This document shows positions 63,383-64,000 of a DNA stretch of 64,000 bases, one piece after another (the first letter of the stretch is position 1; each line of letters starts with the position of its first letter). This DNA comes from Rhodothermia bacterium (GTDB lineage: Bacteria > Bacteroidota > Rhodothermia > Rhodothermales > JAAAOL01). The notes under the pieces were generated by a model. That model saw only the letters and a program-made list of their open reading frames with translations, was not told the DNA's origin and made no database searches. Where the stretch lies: the NCBI GenBank assembly GCA_030428385.1, contig JAUIDY010000013.1, forward strand, positions 5,583 to 69,582. Reading direction: 5' to 3'. A program made the position numbers and the translations under genes.

Positions 63383-64000
63383 TCAGCTGCTATGCTCGGC
63401 GCGTTTCGCTTCGTCCCAGTACCGATCCATCTCCTCCAGGTCCGACTCCGCCATCGTCTTGTGCTGCTCGGCGAGGCGGTGCTCGATGTGTTGAAAACGG
63501 CGGACAAATTTGTCGTTGGTCCGGCGCAGCGCATTTTCCGGGTTGATATCGACAAACCGCGCATAGTTCACCAGCGCAAACAACACATCGCCGAATTCTT
63601 CTTCGCGGGCGGCGGCCGAGCCCCCCGTTTCTGCCTGCCGCTTAAACTCGTGTATTTCCTCTTCCACCTTTTCCCATGCCCCATCGGAAGCAGGGAAGTC
63701 GAACCCCACACCGGCTGCTTTCTCTTGTACCCGCAAGGCCCGTAGCAACGAGGGCAGTTCTTTGGGGACGCCCTGCAGCGCCGACTTCTTCTTCCCCTCT
63801 TTCAGCTTAATCTGCTCCCAGTTGGTCAGCACGTCGTCCACACCGTCTACTTCGGTATCGCCAAAAACATGTGGGTGGCGGCGCACCAGTTTGTCCGTTT
63901 CCGCCTCGATGACATCTTTCAGGGTAAAGCTTCCGTTCTGCTCGGCGATAACGCTGTGGAAAACCACATGCAGCAGCAGGTCACCCAGTTCGCGTTTTAG
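63383..64000 (-). CDS. mazG: Nucleoside triphosphate pyrophosphohydrolase MazG; 5' end outside window
   Basis: LVRRHPHVFGD, EELGDVLFALVN and EKVEEEIHE repeats of the MazG fold. The reading frame stays open to base 64000. Confidence 0.85.
   Translation of the reverse strand, partial: LKRELGDLLLHVVFHSVIAEQNGSFTLKDVIEAETDKLVRRHPHVFGDTEVDGVDDVLTNWEQIKLKEGKKKSALQGVPKELPSLLRALRVQEKAAGVGFDFPASDGAWEKVEEEIHEFKRQAETGGSAAAREEEFGDVLFALVNYARFVDINPENALRRTNDKFVRRFQHIEHRLAEQHKTMAESDLEEMDRYWDEAKRAEHSS

Noticed and set aside
1-64000. Search by eye for tRNA T-loop cores (GGTTCGAATCC-like), rRNA, RNase P, tmRNA or SRP signature strings, transposase or integrase genes and CRISPR repeats.
   Set aside because: None were found in intergenic regions. 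The only GTTCGA/TCGAATCC matches lie inside well-supported CDS.

Overview
High-GC bacterial chromosomal window (over 60% GC on the lines I hand-counted). It probably comes from a Rhodothermota/Bacteroidota-type organism: three proteins end in a Por/T9SS C-terminal sorting domain, and there is a Bacteroidetes-style hybrid two-component regulator. Coding is dense on both strands (about 50 CDS). I recognised no rRNA, tRNA, CRISPR array, transposase or integrase.

Blocks in order:
- 0-9 kb: housekeeping and redox genes (GH127-like hydrolase fragment, Tat-exported Gfo/Idh/MocA oxidoreductase, cyclophilin lipoprotein, MEMO-like protein, GMC oxidoreductase).
- 9.2-18.2 kb: xylan/xylose block (GPH symporter, GH10 xylanase, xylulokinase, 1433-aa hybrid sensor kinase/response regulator/AraC).
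- 18.3-26 kb: A/T-richer islet with PAS-like and FHA-like ORFs, convergent with a TPR Ser/Thr kinase and an ECF sigma factor. These are divergent from three secreted FG-GAP-like / Gly-Asp-rich proteins. This is my best candidate for an uncharacterised system.
- 26-31 kb: DUF89 protein and a sugar operon (L-fucose-isomerase-like, Tat-Gfo/Idh/MocA, SDR).
- 31.6-34.6 kb: arsR-arsM-(peroxidase-like)-arsS arsenosugar-type cluster.
- 34.8-38 kb: PepE, a lipoprotein and an ABC exporter.
- 38.3-45.8 kb: DUF4159 protein, large T9SS esterase, a legumain-like protein whose nucleophile Cys is Ser, and a BatA-like vWA protein.
- 46-50.5 kb: metallophosphoesterase and a YqiJ/YqiK-like flotillin pair bracketed by identical hairpin repeats.
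- 50.5-58 kb: TonB-dependent receptor, GlmU-like transferase, discoidin-like protein plus GAF-PP2C phosphatase, and FbaB.
- 58-64 kb: Pro-rich AAA+ ATPase, low-GC solitary Phd/YefM-like gene, orphan EutN/CcmL gene, T9SS protein, type III PKS and MazG (partial).

Three families of intergenic hairpin/MITE-like repeats recur. All family names come from motif recognition by eye; nothing was searched or computed. Start codons are best guesses.
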